The notes under the pieces were generated by a model, which saw only the letters and a program-made list of their open reading frames with translations, ran no database searches and was not told the origin of the DNA. A stretch of DNA of 63,615 bases, the filler included, from Octopus bimaculoides (lineage: Eukaryota): the NCBI RefSeq assembly GCF_001194135.2. It is 7 parts of 6 records of this genome, joined end to end, with 100 filler letters (N's around TTAATTAATTAA, not from the genome) between each part and the next. Parts side by side here need not be neighbours in the genome. Positions count along the whole stretch, not along the records: positions 6,134 to 14,720 come from NC_068985.1; positions 14,821 to 37,986 come from NC_068986.1; 5 more parts are not named here. One strand, 5' to 3'. Of this stretch, positions 13,545 through 26,856 are shown piece by piece (position 1 is the stretch's first letter; the number at the start of each line of letters is the position of its first letter). A program made the translations under genes and the position numbers.

Positions 13545-13545
<1 letters not shown>
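13166..13545 (-). mobile_element. 5'-truncated Dong/R4-clade element (RLE C-terminus + 3' UTR), (TAA)n on both sides
   Basis: Translation CFLIDVSIPADDNVSLKELKKLSKYQDLEIEV..MWNLKTETIPIIVGALG...QKISLLGTAHILRKIL is an RLE PD-(D/E)xK region typical of the R4 clade. Confidence 0.88.
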
Positions 13546-13620
<75 letters not shown>

Positions 13621-13622
<2 letters not shown>

Positions 13623-13870
13623 TTTGGATAGTGTTGATCTTGTTAACACTGAATCGTTTAAATGACTCCCTATCAAGTTGTGTAACCTCAGATAGTACTT
13701 GCCATCGGATATTTGCAGCTCACAAAAATGTTGTCTTTTGCAATATCGTAATGCTGCGACAGATTCCAGTCGTGTCAAGGTGTTTCTGGAGGCTTTTCGC
13801 CACCGGCTCAAGAGCTCCAATCAAAATTGGTACCACTCTTGCTTTCATATTCCACATTTTCTAGACATCT
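13621..13870 (-). mobile_element. Second Dong/R4-type 3' end with a different 3' UTR, ending in (TAA)n
   Basis: Translation MWNMKARVVPILIGALEPVAKSLQKHLDTTG...LQKTTFL; the 3' end runs directly into AAT repeats. Confidence 0.75.
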
Positions 13871-13935
13871 ATTCTTAAGTCTAAAATTGTGCGATAGTCT
13901 CGTTTTATTTATCATTGATGTAATGATCTCCTGAG

Positions 13936-14320
13936 TGGAGGTACAATAGCCCAGTGGTTAGGGCAGCGGACTCGCGGTCATAGGATCGCGGTTTCGATTC
14001 CCAGACCGGGCGTTGTGAGTGTTTATTGAGCGAAAACACCTAAAACTCCACGAGGCTCCGGCAGGGGATGGTGGCGAACCCTGCTGTACTCTTTCAACAC
14101 AACTTTCTCTCACTCTTACTTCCTGTTTCTGTTGTGCCTATAATTCAAAGGGTCAGCCTTGTTACACTGTGTCACGCTGAATATCCCCGAGAACTACGTT
14201 AAGGGTACACGTGTCTGTGGAGTGCTCAGCCACTTGCACATTAATTTCACGAGCAGGCTGTTCCATTGGTTGGATCAATTGGAACCCTCGACGTCGTAAG
14301 CGACGGAGTGCCAACAACAA
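13936..14320 (+). mobile_element. SINE family A
   Basis: Full-length match to the other copies. Confidence 0.9.
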
Positions 14321-14321
14321 T

Positions 14322-14720
14322 GATCTTCTGGGCAAGCTACATCGATCAACAAACATCTCTGGATAATTTCCAGATGTCCTTAGCCTGGCTGTGCAATCGG
14401 TTCGAGATAAACTCTACAGGCATGGATGTACTATTAGACAAGCTTGAGCGAAGTGCGCGCAGAGTGACGAAACCGTTCTGCACGCACTCGTTCAGTGTCC
14501 GGGCATTGCTGACTCGTGATGTTATGTCAAACAGCTGTTATCACGTGTGAGACGGATCCGTCTGTCGGCTGAATCTGTAGTGAGGGTTGCCCCGCCGCAC
14601 TCCTTCAATTGGACAAGCAAGGCTGGTGGCTGTGGCAAAAGAGGTTGTTTGGTGGACAAGGCTGAAAAGCATGAGGACAGATATATTCCCCTTTGGTAGA
14701 GCTCTCATTGGCTTCTTCAA
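14322..14720 (+). mobile_element. Tx1/L1-clade LINE fragment (ORF2 C-terminal zinc knuckle)
   Basis: Translation CAQSDETVLHALVQCPGIAD...VAVAKEVVWWTRLK, with stops and frameshifts. Confidence 0.65.
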
Positions 14721-14852
14721 NNNNNNNNNNNNNNNNNNNNNNNNNNNNNNNNNNNNNNNNNNNNTTAATTAATTAANNNNNNNNNNNNNNNNNNNNNNNN
14801 NNNNNNNNNNNNNNNNNNNNATATATATATATATATACACATATATATATAT

Positions 14853-15005
14853 GACGGGCTTCTTTTAGTTTCCGTCTACCAAATACGTTCACAAGGGTTT
14901 GCTGAACCCGAGATTATAGGAGAAGAGATTTTTTCAAAGTGTCACCCAGTTGGACTGAACCTGGAAACATGTGGTTAGGAAACAAAATTCTTACCGCACA
15001 ACCAT
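14853..15005 (-). mobile_element. SINE family C head
   Basis: Reverse complement of GGTAAGAA...GGTAGACGGAAACTAAAAGAAGCCCGTC next to a TA repeat. Confidence 0.75.
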
Positions 15006-15059
15006 ACATTTTTTGCATTTATATTTATATTCTGGTTTTATTTTTATTTCTAGACAATG

Positions 15060-15363
15060 CGTTTTCTTTTGACCAACACTTTTTTTTTTAAGATGGTCAT
15101 CGACTTTTTAAAGAAGTTCTCTTCTGAATTTTAATTTAGCCCAAACAGTGGCACAGGTTGCGGCAAAAGCCCTCCAAGATCCATCATTCTTGACAAATGT
15201 TTCGATAGCAAACGCACGATGTGCACCTGTCGAAATCATGCTGGTACCTTACAAAAAACGGCAAAATACTAGCTACATGATTACATCATTACCACATGGC
15301 TAACTTTATTAACTCCACATCAATAGCCATGTAAAATATAAAACGTTTTTCTGTCGCACCCTG
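15060..15363 (-). mobile_element. Tc1/mariner-type 5' remnant
   Basis: CAGGGTGCGACAGAAAA terminal-like motif and an N-terminal fragment MISTGAHRAFAIETFVKNDGS. Confidence 0.35.
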
Positions 15364-16025
15364 CAGAAGTATCAGCAGCAGCAGCAGTAGTGGTGGTGGT
15401 GGTGGTAACTATAGTAGTGATGTCTGATAAATGCACAAAGCCAGCAATTTTGAGGGGAAGGGAGTTTGTTGATAGCATCGGCCTGAGTACGCGATTGTGT
15501 ATCTTTTTAAAAATTTTATCGAATACCGGTGGGATGAAAGGCTAGGTTGACAACGGCAGGATTTGAACTCAGAATGTAATTAACCGAAACAAATACCACA
15601 AAGAATTCCTTTTTTTTTTTTTTTTGCTTTCGATGCTTTAACGATTCTGTCAATCTATCGCCCTCAGTGATAATAATAATAATAATAATAATTCCCTCTA
15701 CTNNNNNNNNNNNNNNNNNNNNNNNNNNNNNNNNNNNNNNNNNNNNNNNNNNNNNNNNNNNNNNNNNNNNNNNNNNNNNNNNNNNNNNNNNNNNNNNNNN
15801 NNNNNNNNNNNNNNNNNNNNNNNNNNNNNNNNNNNNNNNNNNNNNNNNNNNNNNNNNNNNNNNNNNNNNNNNNNNNNNNNNNNNNNNNNNNNNNNNNNNN
15901 NNNNNNNNNNNNNNNNNNNNNNNNNNNNNNNNNNNNNNNNNNNNNNNNNNNNNNNNNNNNNNNNNNNNNNNNNNNNNNNNNNNNNNNNNNNNNNNNNNNN
16001 NNNNNNNNNNNNNNNNNNNNNNNNN

Positions 16026-16378
16026 AAGCATTTTGTTCAACGCGCTAACGGTTCTGCCAGTTCGCCTTTTTAGTGATGCTAAAAATAATCCTTTCCGCTA
16101 TGGGCACAAGGCCTGAAATTTTGGGGGAGGGTTCTAGTCGATAACATCGACCCCAGTGTTTCACTGATGCTTAATATATTCTTTTCTACTCTAGGCACAA
16201 AGCACGACATTTTGGGGGAGGGGGGGTCAGTCGATTACATCGACCCTAGTACGCAACTGGTACTTAATTTATCGACCCCGAAAGGAAGAAAGGCAAAGTC
16301 GACCTCGGCGGAATTCGAACTCAGAACGTAGCGACGGACGATACACCGCTAAGCATTTCGTCCGGCGTTGCTAACGAC
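16026..16378 (-). mobile_element. Two tandem partial SINE family B copies
   Basis: Core and tail motifs are repeated. Confidence 0.75.
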
Positions 16379-17739
16379 TCAGTTTGTCGCTTTAGTGATG
16401 CTAAAAATAATAGTAATAGTCATAGAGGCTGTGGTGATAGATGTTGTTGTTGAGAGTGTGTATATATGCATGTGTATATATGCATGTATGTGTACGAGTG
16501 TGTATGAATATGTGTGTATGAATATGAATGCATATTTGTATGCNNNNNNNNNNTGTGTATGAATATGTGTGTATGAATATGAATGCATATTTGTATGCGT
16601 ATGAATATCCTTGTGCATGTGTCCATATGCATTCGAGCGTCTATGATTGTGTGTATGTATATGTGTGTATAAGTGTGTTTGTATGTGTATGACTAGCTGA
16701 GTTTGTGTGTATGTGTGTTAGCGTATTATTAGACATTTGTAAATAATAACTTGAAGTGAAAATAAAAAAATTTTTTTTTTGAAGTAACGAAATGTAGCAT
16801 AAACGAACGCTGCACTGCTGAGTAACCGAACCATGATCTCTCGCTTCACATCGGACAGAAGCTACGGTGTAAAAAGTAAGAATAAAAAGTTGATCGTTTA
16901 TCTGGTAAGCAGCAGTTGGGACCAGTTCACTTCCTATCAACGGGTTAATTTTTATTTTTCCATCTCCAAAGGGTATTTAGAACTGTATAAACTTTGAGTG
17001 TTTATGTCNNNNNNNNNNNNNNNNNNNNNNNNNNNNNNNNNNNNNNNNNNNNNNNNNNNNNNNNNNNNNNNNNNNNNNNNNNNNNNNNNNNNNNNNNNNN
17101 NNNNNNNNNNNNNNNNNNNNNNNNNNNNNNNNNNNNNNNNNNNNNNNNNNNNNNNNNNNNNNNNNNNNNNNNNNNNNNNNNNNNNNNNNNNNNNNNNNNN
17201 NNNNNNNNNNNNNNNNNNNNNNNNNNNNNNNNNNNNNNNNNNNNNNNNNNNNNNNNNNNNNNNNNNNNNNNNNNNNNNNNNNNNNNNNNNNNNNNNNNNN
17301 NNNNNNNNNNNNNNNNNNNNNNNNNNNNNNNNNNNNNNNNNNNNNNNNNNNNNNNNNNNNNNNNNNNNNNNNNNNNNNNNNNNNNNNNNNNNNNNNNNNN
17401 NNNNNNNNNNNNNNNNNNNNNNNNNNNNNNNNNNNNNNNNNNNNNNNNNNNNNNNNNNNNNNNNNNNNNNNNNNNNNNNNNNNNNNNNNNNNNNNNNNNN
17501 NNNNNNNNNNNNNNNNNNNNNNNNNNNNNNNNNNNNNNNNNNNNNNNNNNNNNNNNNNNNNNNNNNNNNNNNNNNNNNNNNNNNNNNNNNNNNNNNNNNN
17601 NNNNNNNNNNNNNNNNNNNNNNNNNTTCTTGCGGGTTTTTACGGTCTGAATCCCTTATGCCACTCGGGGTCGACTTATCCACTCGCCACACAATTTCAGG
17701 CTTTGTGCTATAGTAGAAAGTATTATTTTTACAGATATA

Positions 17740-17978
17740 AAGGCGGTGAGCGGGCAGAATCGTTAGCGTGCCGGACAATATGCTTAGCAGTATTACGCCT
17801 GTCGCTACGTTCTGAGTTCAAATTCCGCCGAGGCCGACTTTGCCTTTCATCCTTTCGGGGTTGATAAATTATGTACTAGTGAAACACTGGGGGTCGATGT
17901 AATCGATTGTCCCTCCCCACCCACCGCCAAAAAAAAAAAAAAAAATTCAGGCCTTGTGCCTAAAGCAGAAAGGATTAT
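17740..17978 (+). mobile_element. SINE family B, full length
   Basis: Head, core and tail all present. Confidence 0.85.
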
Positions 17979-18925
17979 TTATACAGATATAGTTAGACAT
18001 ACATATACACTCATATGTATATACGTATGTATTTATGAACATACTTCTGGGCGAGTGTATGATTGCATGCAGTACAGGCTAGAGCTTTAGACAAGCCAAA
18101 CCGTGACAGCATCTTTTCGTCCTGTAATTCTGAGAGGCTCTACACGATATCAGATTGTGTGTAATTAAAACTTTACTTGTTTGATGGGTTGGACTGATTT
18201 GTAAATATATATATAAACGAGACACATTTAAGGCATGGCTCTTGCTTGGCGATGAGGAAAAGGGGATGAAGAACTTGCACACTCTTATAGACTACTCTAT
18301 GTGTATGTGTGCGTGTGTGCGTGCGTGTGTGTATGTGCGTGTGTGTATGTGCGAGTGCGTGCTGGAGTGTGTGTGTGCGCGTGAGTGTGTGCCTGCGTGT
18401 GTGAGTGTGTGCGCGTGAGTGTGTCCTTGCGCGCGCGCATGTGTGTGTGTGTGTGTGTTCGTGTGTATGTACATGTGTGTATATGGTATGGATATAATAA
18501 GCGACACTAATTTTTAAAAGTCACCCACTCGAGTCACCTTTAGTTCTGCCCCACGGACTTCATCAAAAGCATGACAGCCCAGATGGAACCTGTCCTGCTC
18601 TACTGATTGTAGATACGAGGCCTCCGGAACAACGCCTTTTCCATTCTGTCTGCTGGGGCCATGAGAAATGTTCCTTAATAAAGCTATAAAACTCACACAT
18701 ATTTAATATCCGAACGCTCCCACAGAACTTATTCAAATCTTTTGTTAATTTCCCTTTTAGGGCTAAAATGTAAGGCTCAAAAACTACAGGTATACAAACA
18801 AAGATTTAGTAAAAAGTATAATGGTGTAACAGGTAATCGAACCTGCATCGCCGAATCGGCATAACAAAAGATTAAAACCGATCTTTGTGGGCATGTGTTT
18901 ATATTTCAGTGCGACTTTAAGAAGA

Positions 18926-19216
18926 CACCTACTCCTCGACTTCCGACCGAGTTCCGTACCGATTGACAGGTCGTAAGTCGCCTGTCGGATTTATATTTTT
19001 CAACACTATTTTCATTCAAACGCAACTGTTGCTTGAAAGCGACTGAGTGCGAGACAGCGGCAAGCATTGAATGCCTGGGTCTGAGGGAAGCTTGAATTGC
19101 CAGATGCTGCTATAGTTATCGTACGCACAGCTGTTCAGCATCCGAAAATCGATTATTTATTTATTTTCATATTTTTTGTGGTCGTAAGTCGCCATAGGTC
19201 GTAAGTCAAGGAGGTG
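18926..19216. mobile_element. pogo/Tigger-like MITE
   Basis: TIR pair CACCTACTCCTCGACTTCCGACC and GGTCGTAAGTCAAGGAGGTG followed by TA. A related end (TACAGGTCGTCGTCGACTTACGACC) occurs near 22594. Confidence 0.65.
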
Positions 19217-19427
19217 TACATATTTAACAATGCAATTCTGAGGAAGTGCCTGCTTCCTTTGTATTCCTAAACAAAGTTAGTGAGTGTTTGTGTTTAGCTC
19301 AAGGTTAACCATTAATTCTCTATGCCTATGATCAGAGGTGTTCCAGCCACGACCAACCCGTTTTGTATGGTTTTTAGACTACATTATTCAATATATAATA
19401 TCATGGTTAAAAAAAAGAACAAAAAAA

Positions 19428-19570
19428 AAGAAGCTTGCTTCTCAACCACATGGTTCCAGCTTCAATCCCAGTGCTTGGCACCCTGAACAAGAGTTTTCAA
19501 ATATAGCCTCGGGCCGACCAAAGCCTTGTGAGTGGATTTTAGAGACGGAAACTGAAAGAAGCCCGTCGTA

Positions 19571-19601
<31 letters not shown>

Positions 19602-19897
19602 TATATATATATGCATATATATATATATGCATANNNNNNNNNNNNNNNNNNNNNNNNNNNNNNNNNTATACGTGTGTGTGTGTCTATGTTTGTCTCTCCT
19701 CGTCACCGCTTGACAACTGGTGTGGGTGTGTTTACGTCCACGTAACTTAGTAGTTCGGCAAAAGAAAACCGATAGAATAAGCACTAGGCTTTATTAAAAA
19801 ATAAGTTCTGGTGTCGATTTCTTTGACTAAAACCTTTCAAGGTGGTGCTCCAACATGGCCGCAGTCAAATGACTGAAACAAGTAAAGGAATAAAGGA
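19428..19897 (+). mobile_element. SINE family C: tRNA-like head, internal TA/TG microsatellite, 3' domain
   Basis: Same three-part layout as 26706-27145 and 46688-47112. Confidence 0.85.
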
Positions 19898-19969
19898 AAA
19901 ACAGCAAAGAAAGGTATATTTGAGGGAGAGTTGACTGCTGTTTCTAACTGGCCGAGGCACTAAGTAGAC

Positions 19970-20147
19970 CAATGATTCCCAACATTTTCACTACCGCAAA
20001 CCCCTTTATTTAAATGAGTTTTCCCACGGACCCTTTTTAATATGCTTATCCTTATATATATATGAAATTTTAAATTTAGTTCACGGAACTCCGGCACTAC
20101 TTTTGTGGACCACCATGGGTCTGCGGACAACAGGTTAGGAACCACTA
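19970..20147. mobile_element. hAT (Charlie/Buster-like) MITE
   Basis: TIR-like ends CAATGATTCCCAAC and GTTAGGAACCACTA, with a near-identical 8-bp TSD AAGTAGAC / ATGTAGAC. Confidence 0.75.
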
Positions 20148-21178
20148 ATGTAGACGATCTTTCGTTGGTTCGTAATTGAGAAGAAGTAGGCAGTCTTAAC
20201 GTCCTTAAAACAGGAGCAATGTGAACTATGACGTATGTACGTTGCCCAGTAATATTAACAGCGGCAAGGAAATGAAAGCGCTACAGCCAGGAAGTATAAA
20301 ACAATGTCACAGTTGCCATTTACAGAACTTAACCTCTTCATGCTGTTTGCCATACATGTCTATACGTACGCACACACGCGGGCGCATATGTTCCTGTGTT
20401 TTCATGTATAGATATACCCGTATACAAAATTCATTTAACACACAACCCACTCACACATCAACATGCATATACACACATATGTTGTCATATGTATGTATGT
20501 ATGTATGTATGTATATATCTTACACACGCATACACACACGCACATATGAACGACAGCGAAACTGGTTAATAAAATAGGATTTCCCTTCTGTAAAACTTCT
20601 TTTGGTTGCAGCATGTACTAATATTTATTCAGTAAAGCTTTCGTTTTATACGAAACTTGTGCTGATATTTAAACTTTTCCAGCAATATGTGATTCTCTCT
20701 TTCTGTATGTGTCTGTAAAACACACCCTATAAAAACTTACTCTGATATATAACTGTTATGTGAAAACAATTTTGTATTTTTATTTTCACACACACACACA
20801 CACACACACCACTAAAGCCTATTTGCCAACACAATGTGGCTGTCCNNNNNNNNNNNNNNNNNNNNNNNNNNNNNNNNNNNNNNNNNNNNNNNNNNNNNNN
20901 NNNNNNNNNNNNNNNNNNNNNNNNNNNNNNNNNNNNNNNNNNNNNNNNNNNNNNNNNNNNNNNNNNNNNNNNNNNNNNNNNNNNNNNNNNNNNNNNNNNN
21001 NNNNNNNNNNNNNNNNNNNNNNNNNNNNNNNNNNNNNNNNNNNNNNNNNNNNNNNNNNNNNNNNNNNNNNNNNNNNNNNNNNNNNNNNNNNNNNNNNNNN
21101 NNNNNNNNNNNNNNNNNNNNNNNNNNNNNNNNNNNNNNNNNNNNNNNNNNNNNNNNNNNNNNNNNNNNNNNNNNNNNN

Positions 21179-21877
21179 TGTCAAGAACTCCGTCAGCGTG
21201 CCACTGATGACCCATCCTTCATGTCGAGGATCATCACCGGTGACGAGAATTGGGTCTATGGGTTCGACCTTGAGACGAAGCAGCAGTTGTCAGAATGGAA
21301 GAGCCCTTTATCTCCACGACTGAAAAATACACGACAGAGCCGTGGCCCAATCAAGGGCATGCTCATCGTTTGTTTCTGTTTGTCTTTTTTCGACATCCGC
21401 GGTATTGTGCATCGAAAATAACCCCACCCCACAACCCCGAGCCAGACCGTCAAGAGTTTTACTGCGACGTTTTGAAGCGTTTGGGGGAGGACATTCGGCG
21501 CGAAAGCGACCGGATCTGTGGAGCGCGAAGAACTGGATTCTTCACGATGGTAATGCACCCTGTCATCGATCTCCCGCACCCGCCCTCTTCACCAGATTTA
21601 GTGCCTGCGTACTTCCATCTCTTTTCCCCAAATGAAAATGCAGTTTTTAACACAGTCTTTAACACCGTTGTCGAGATCCAGGGCGAATCGCAAAAGGTTC
21701 TCGACTCGTTTACGGAAAACGACTTCCAGGCCGGATTCCAATAATGGCAGGAACGCTAGGACCGGTCTGCTGCTTCACAAGGGGACTATTTCGAAGGCGA
21801 TGATGTTAAAAATGAAGTAAATAGATTATTTCTTTTATTAAACATTACTAGTCTGGGAACTTTTTGTTACCACCTGG
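21179..21877 (+). mobile_element. Decayed mariner (DD34D-type) transposon, 3' two-thirds; 5' part in gap
   Basis: Motifs RIITGDENWVYGFD, FFDIRGIVH, WILHDGNAPCH, HPPSSPDLVP and GDYFEGD; right TIR followed by TA at 21878. Confidence 0.9.
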
Positions 21878-22848
21878 TATGTATGTACTCTCATACACAC
21901 TCACAGTAACAGAATTATCATTTCAGCAAGAGACCCAATCCTATATCTACTCGACAGAAAACAGTAGGGTGTCGGTTATAAAATGTTAGACCACGGGCCA
22001 AGCATTGAGCAGTTCTGATCTACCGTTGGTGTTTCGCTGCGTCTACGAACTGGGCTTTTAATAGATGTTAGCTCAGTTAAGCTAGTTGAATCAAGTAACA
22101 TGGTCTAGAAACCATTTACCATTCTAATGAACAAAAACTAAGCTAATCCCTCTCGAAACAACTAAAATTCATAAAACCCATTTATTACTCATCTCAGACT
22201 GCAGTTGTGTTAATCGGTGGAGAGATAAGTCTCTTTCTGGATTGAATGCTAATCTAGGGCGGGTCGCTACCGTAAATAGCTTTTTCCGGAGCGGAAATCT
22301 AAACACGATACTGTTAGGCAATAAGTTACTCGTCAGTTACAAAGTACTATGCGTGCATACAGCGACTATTTTGTCGCAGAAGCCACTCAGAACTAGATGG
22401 ACTAGATTATTAGGAGGTTAAGTGTCTTGAACGCGAATACGATGCAATACTGGTGAGCGGATATAAGCCAGTGACCTTCAGCTAATTGCCTGGAACCCAA
22501 TCGCCACTAAAATCCGTTCTGTGTAACGAGACAGAACACTAGCTTCGTTAGTTTGTTTGCTGAATTCAAGTTCTCCTTTGGATTTAGAGAAAGTACAGGT
22601 CGTCGTCGACTTACGACCTATCCGACTTATGACCGATCGACTTTACGACAATTGGCGCGCCAGCTCCCGGCAACAATAATAAATGGTGGTGGTAGAAGTG
22701 GCTGTGGCAAAATAAGATTATTTTTCTGACTTTTCTCTTGCTTGAGCTAGTATTTTCCTGCTATCCTCATCATGAGCACCTTTAGTATTGTTGTTGTTGT
22801 TAGTGGCAGTGGTCGTAGCAGTAGAAATAGTACCTCTAAGTATTAGTA

Positions 22849-24922
22849 TTATTGTGCATTTAGCTTGAGTTGGAATTTATTTATAAAGTTCTTTTCTCTA
22901 ATTTTTCTTTCAATTTCACTTGAACTGTGTAGTTTGGAGAATGGTAGTATAAATATTTTCCGACTGCATGTTCCTAGATGGTTACTCAAAGGTATCTGAC
23001 GGACAACTGGGTCTCTAATTTGCTGTTGGTGCACACGTGAATGTTCTGATAGTGCAATTCCAGCCTGACCTACATATAGTTCTTCATAATTCGGGTATCT
23101 GATTTAAGTAAATTAAATTTCTGCTTTTGCAGTTCATATTTGTGTTTGTGAATATTTTCTCGCTTTTTGTGTTTATATATTGGCCGCTATGTATGAACTG
23201 ACGTGTGCCACATCGGCTATCGTTGCATTGAGATACAGTGAATGATTGGTTTTCGTTGCTAAGGTCAAACTTTGCCTTTGTTATTAATTTTTTCAAGTTT
23301 TTTGGCTGTCTTTTACGAAGAACCATAGCTTGATCTGTGATTATATCTTTTAATTCATTTCTTTGAGTAATAATTGGTAGGTTTGCTTTGGCAATGTTGA
23401 AGATATTCTGGTGACATGGAATATGTCGCTATAAATGGTATGACTTGTTCTTGTTTTCCTCTTCTTTGGGTTGTTCTCAATTGTTGTATGGGTATTTTTA
23501 TAGCCCGCTGTATGCCATTTTCTATAAGTAGAGACGGGTATTATTGTTTGAGCAAAAATTCTCTTAGTTCTGTTAGGCGTTTGTTCCTGATATTTGCATC
23601 TTCTACAATGGTACAAATTCTTCTGGCTAGGCAGTATGGGATGTTGCATTTTGTATGTGGTGGATGGCACGACTTAAAATACAGGTATTGATGCGTGTCC
23701 GTGTTTGTAGTATATATCTGTGGTAATGGTGGTGTCCTTTTTAATTACCATTATATCTAGGAATGGTAATTTGATACAACTCATCACCTTTGTAAATTGG
23801 AGAGATGGGCGTAGGTTGTTCAGGAGGATATTGAACTCTTCCAGAGAATTTAGAAGTTCTGTCCAGATTATGAAACAATTGTCATGGTATCTCTTCCATA
23901 CCTTTTCAATATAATTTCTAAATTCATTGGCATAGTTTTCCTCTACTTCTTGGTAGAGTTGTTCTAGATATCCCATTAAAGAGTTCGCGTAAATGGGAGC
24001 AAACCTCTTTCCCATCGCCGTGCCTTTAATTTGGATGTAATTCATTCCATTGAAGAAGAACGCATTTTCCAGAATAAGTCTAACTGTGTCTAGTATAAAT
24101 GGCAGTGTGAGTCTGTTGGGAATCACTTCTCTTTGTTTTTCTACCCAGTATTTAATCGCCTTTATTCCTAAATCATGTGGAATATTGGTGTACAGGCTTA
24201 CCATATCAAAACCAAGTAGAATTGAATTCATTTCAGTTGTTTTGGGAAGACAGGACAATAAGTCGATATCATTCCGGATGAAACTGGTTATGTAGGTACA
24301 TAATGGTTTCAAAACAACGTCAATAAAATTGCTTAGACGTTGGGTAGGGCATGCTGGACCAGCTATAATAGGTCTAACTTTTAAGTTTTGGGGATGCAGT
24401 AGTTTTATTTATTCACTTTCTTGTTCTTTTACTGCATGCTGAATATCTTTTGATTTATGTATTTTCGGTAAGCCGTAGAAATTGCTCGAGATTGGTGATG
24501 TAGCCTCTTTCATTATCGGTAAGTGAGTTGTGGTGTTTTAAAACAAGGTTGTTGATCTTCTTCATGGTGTGGTAGTCTATATTTGAAGGAATTTCACAAT
24601 AGTAGGTTGTATCCTTCAGTTGACTCTCAACCAAATCCTTGTAGTATTCTGCATCCATAATAACAATTGCACCCCCTTTATCTGCTTGTTTAATTATTAT
24701 TGTTTAAACTTTTTTTATACGTTTAAGTGCAGACATTTCGGATCTGTTAATGTTTGGCCTAACATTAGTCTTGCGTCTAAGGGGAAAATTTGACAGATGT
24801 CAATGTATTGGTCAAGATAACTATTTCTTTCTTCTGGTGGGGTGAAATTTGATTTATTCTTTACTAGGGATTCGTCAATCTCATTACTTTTATTAGTAAA
24901 GAATTCTAAGAGCCGTAACTTA
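22849..24922 (-). mobile_element. Decayed Penelope-like element (RT + GIY-YIG endonuclease)
   Basis: Motifs KQADKGGAIVIMD, FDMVSLYTNIPH, QIKGTAMG, WKRYHDN and LPFLD; CHPPHTKCNIPY thumb; CNDSRC linker; MNCKSRNLIY (GIY-YIG start); C-terminal RKIREKNFINKF. The Cys linker suggests the Neptune group (inference). Confidence 0.92.
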
Positions 24923-24955
24923 CGACATTATTTTTGGATATCCTCCTTTAGTTCT

Positions 24956-25067
<112 letters not shown>

Positions 25068-25075
25068 GCCTGACG

Positions 25076-25124
<49 letters not shown>

Positions 25125-25262
25125 GTCAGGCTTTCATAGTTTCCGTCTACCAAATTATTCACGGTCCGAGACTACAGATAGAAGACACTTGCTCAAGTTT
25201 GCCGCTTAGTGTGACTGAACCCGAAACGACCTGGTTGCAAAGCAAGCTTCTTCACCACACAA
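25125..25262 (-). mobile_element. SINE family C head
   Basis: Matches the head of 46688-46820. Confidence 0.75.
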
Positions 25263-26319
25263 CCAAGATTCAGAAATAGCATGTTATAAAGCATAATATT
25301 TAGAACACACCAGCATCCGTCATTTTTTTTATCGATGTCCTCCATGATAGGATTACATGACCTTGAAATATCGATAAAATGAAAGTGGGAGAGGGGAATC
25401 CTATCTAAAAGATTTGAATAACATCAAAGAAATTAATAAGGAAGTAAGAGAAATTTAAAAATAAAGTATAAATTGTTATTGTACAACAAACGGGATTAAA
25501 TGTTGAACTCTTGAATATAATATGTCTGAGCGAACAAAACGTGTTTTTCATTATAATGCTTGTCTACATATGCTTGTATCTACATGCATATACGCATACA
25601 TACATACATGCACGCACATGCGCGCATACATAAGTTCACACGCACGCAAGTATACTTCTTCATACGTACACGTACGCAAATATGCTCCCCCCTACACACA
25701 CATACGTACGCTCTCAGAAATGTACACTCACAAGCAAATACACACAAACCTACATACACACACGCACATACATACACACATACACACCAACGCGCATATG
25801 TGAAACAGCTTTTCTTTCAGAGATGTATCGGAAACACGACTACGTTCTAGTTATATATTTACATTTCCTTACGAGTTCTTTTCAAAAACAACCTGGAAGT
25901 AAATTGTCCTGAAATAAGAAAATAAAAATAATGATGATAATTCTTTCTAATTTTGGCACAAGACCAACAGTTTTCAGAGGAATTTCCTATGTTGAGCAGC
26001 AAGACACAATTTAGGCATAAATTGAGTTGGAAAACAATACAGGCAACGGCCATTACATACAGCATCGATTTCCCGGAACCGTTGGTATCAAGGCCTTACC
26101 GAATTACTGATTTTTCCGAACCAGGGGCGGTCAACTCGAAATTAGACAAATATTGAATTTATTTAAATAACTAAACGAACAGGTACCTATACATTACTAT
26201 AAATAATGTAAGTTTATTAATATTGTACTGCGTAAGGTACTTTGAAATAGGTCCACTCGGTAAAATACGATGGCAGCTGCTGTAATTTGAAGTTCTTACT
26301 CGTTAATTGGCGCTGGATT

Positions 26320-26470
26320 CCGCCGAGGTCGACTTTGCCTTTCATCCTTTCGGGGTCGATTAAATAAGTACCAGTTACGCACTGGGTCGATGTAATCGAC
26401 TTAAGCTCTTTGTCTGTCCTTGTTTGTTTCCTCTATGTTTAGCTTCCCTGTAGGCAATAAACAAATAAAT
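26320..26470 (+). mobile_element. SINE family B, 5'-truncated with complete tail
   Basis: Core domain and AATAAACAAATAAA tail. Confidence 0.8.
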
Positions 26471-26705
26471 TGGCGCTGGGTCCGGCTCAGCAGTGTTCAC
26501 AAATAACCGTTTTTGTAATTGTATATATAATTTAAAAGAGAAGAATAAGAAGTGTATAGTTCGATTCCCGTCAATATGTCTCTCTCTCTCTCTCTCTCTT
26601 GCTTTGCCTCTCTCTCTCTCTCTCTCTCTCTTGCTTTGCCTCTCTCTCTCTCTCTCTCTCTTGCTTTGCCTCTCTCTCTCTCTCTCTTGCTTTTCCTCTC
26701 TCTCA

Positions 26706-26810
26706 CAAAGCTTGCTTTGTAGCTGCATAGCTCCGAGTTCTACTATAGTCTCGTGACTGGATTTGGTTGACGGAAACTGAAAGAAGCCCGTCGTATATAT
26801 ATGTGTGTGC

Positions 26811-26856
<46 letters not shown>

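Noticed and set aside
22720-22790. Hammerhead downstream of the Penelope element at 22849-24922
   Set aside because: ATGATGA...GGAAA is present on the minus strand, but C3 is missing and stems I-III do not pair.
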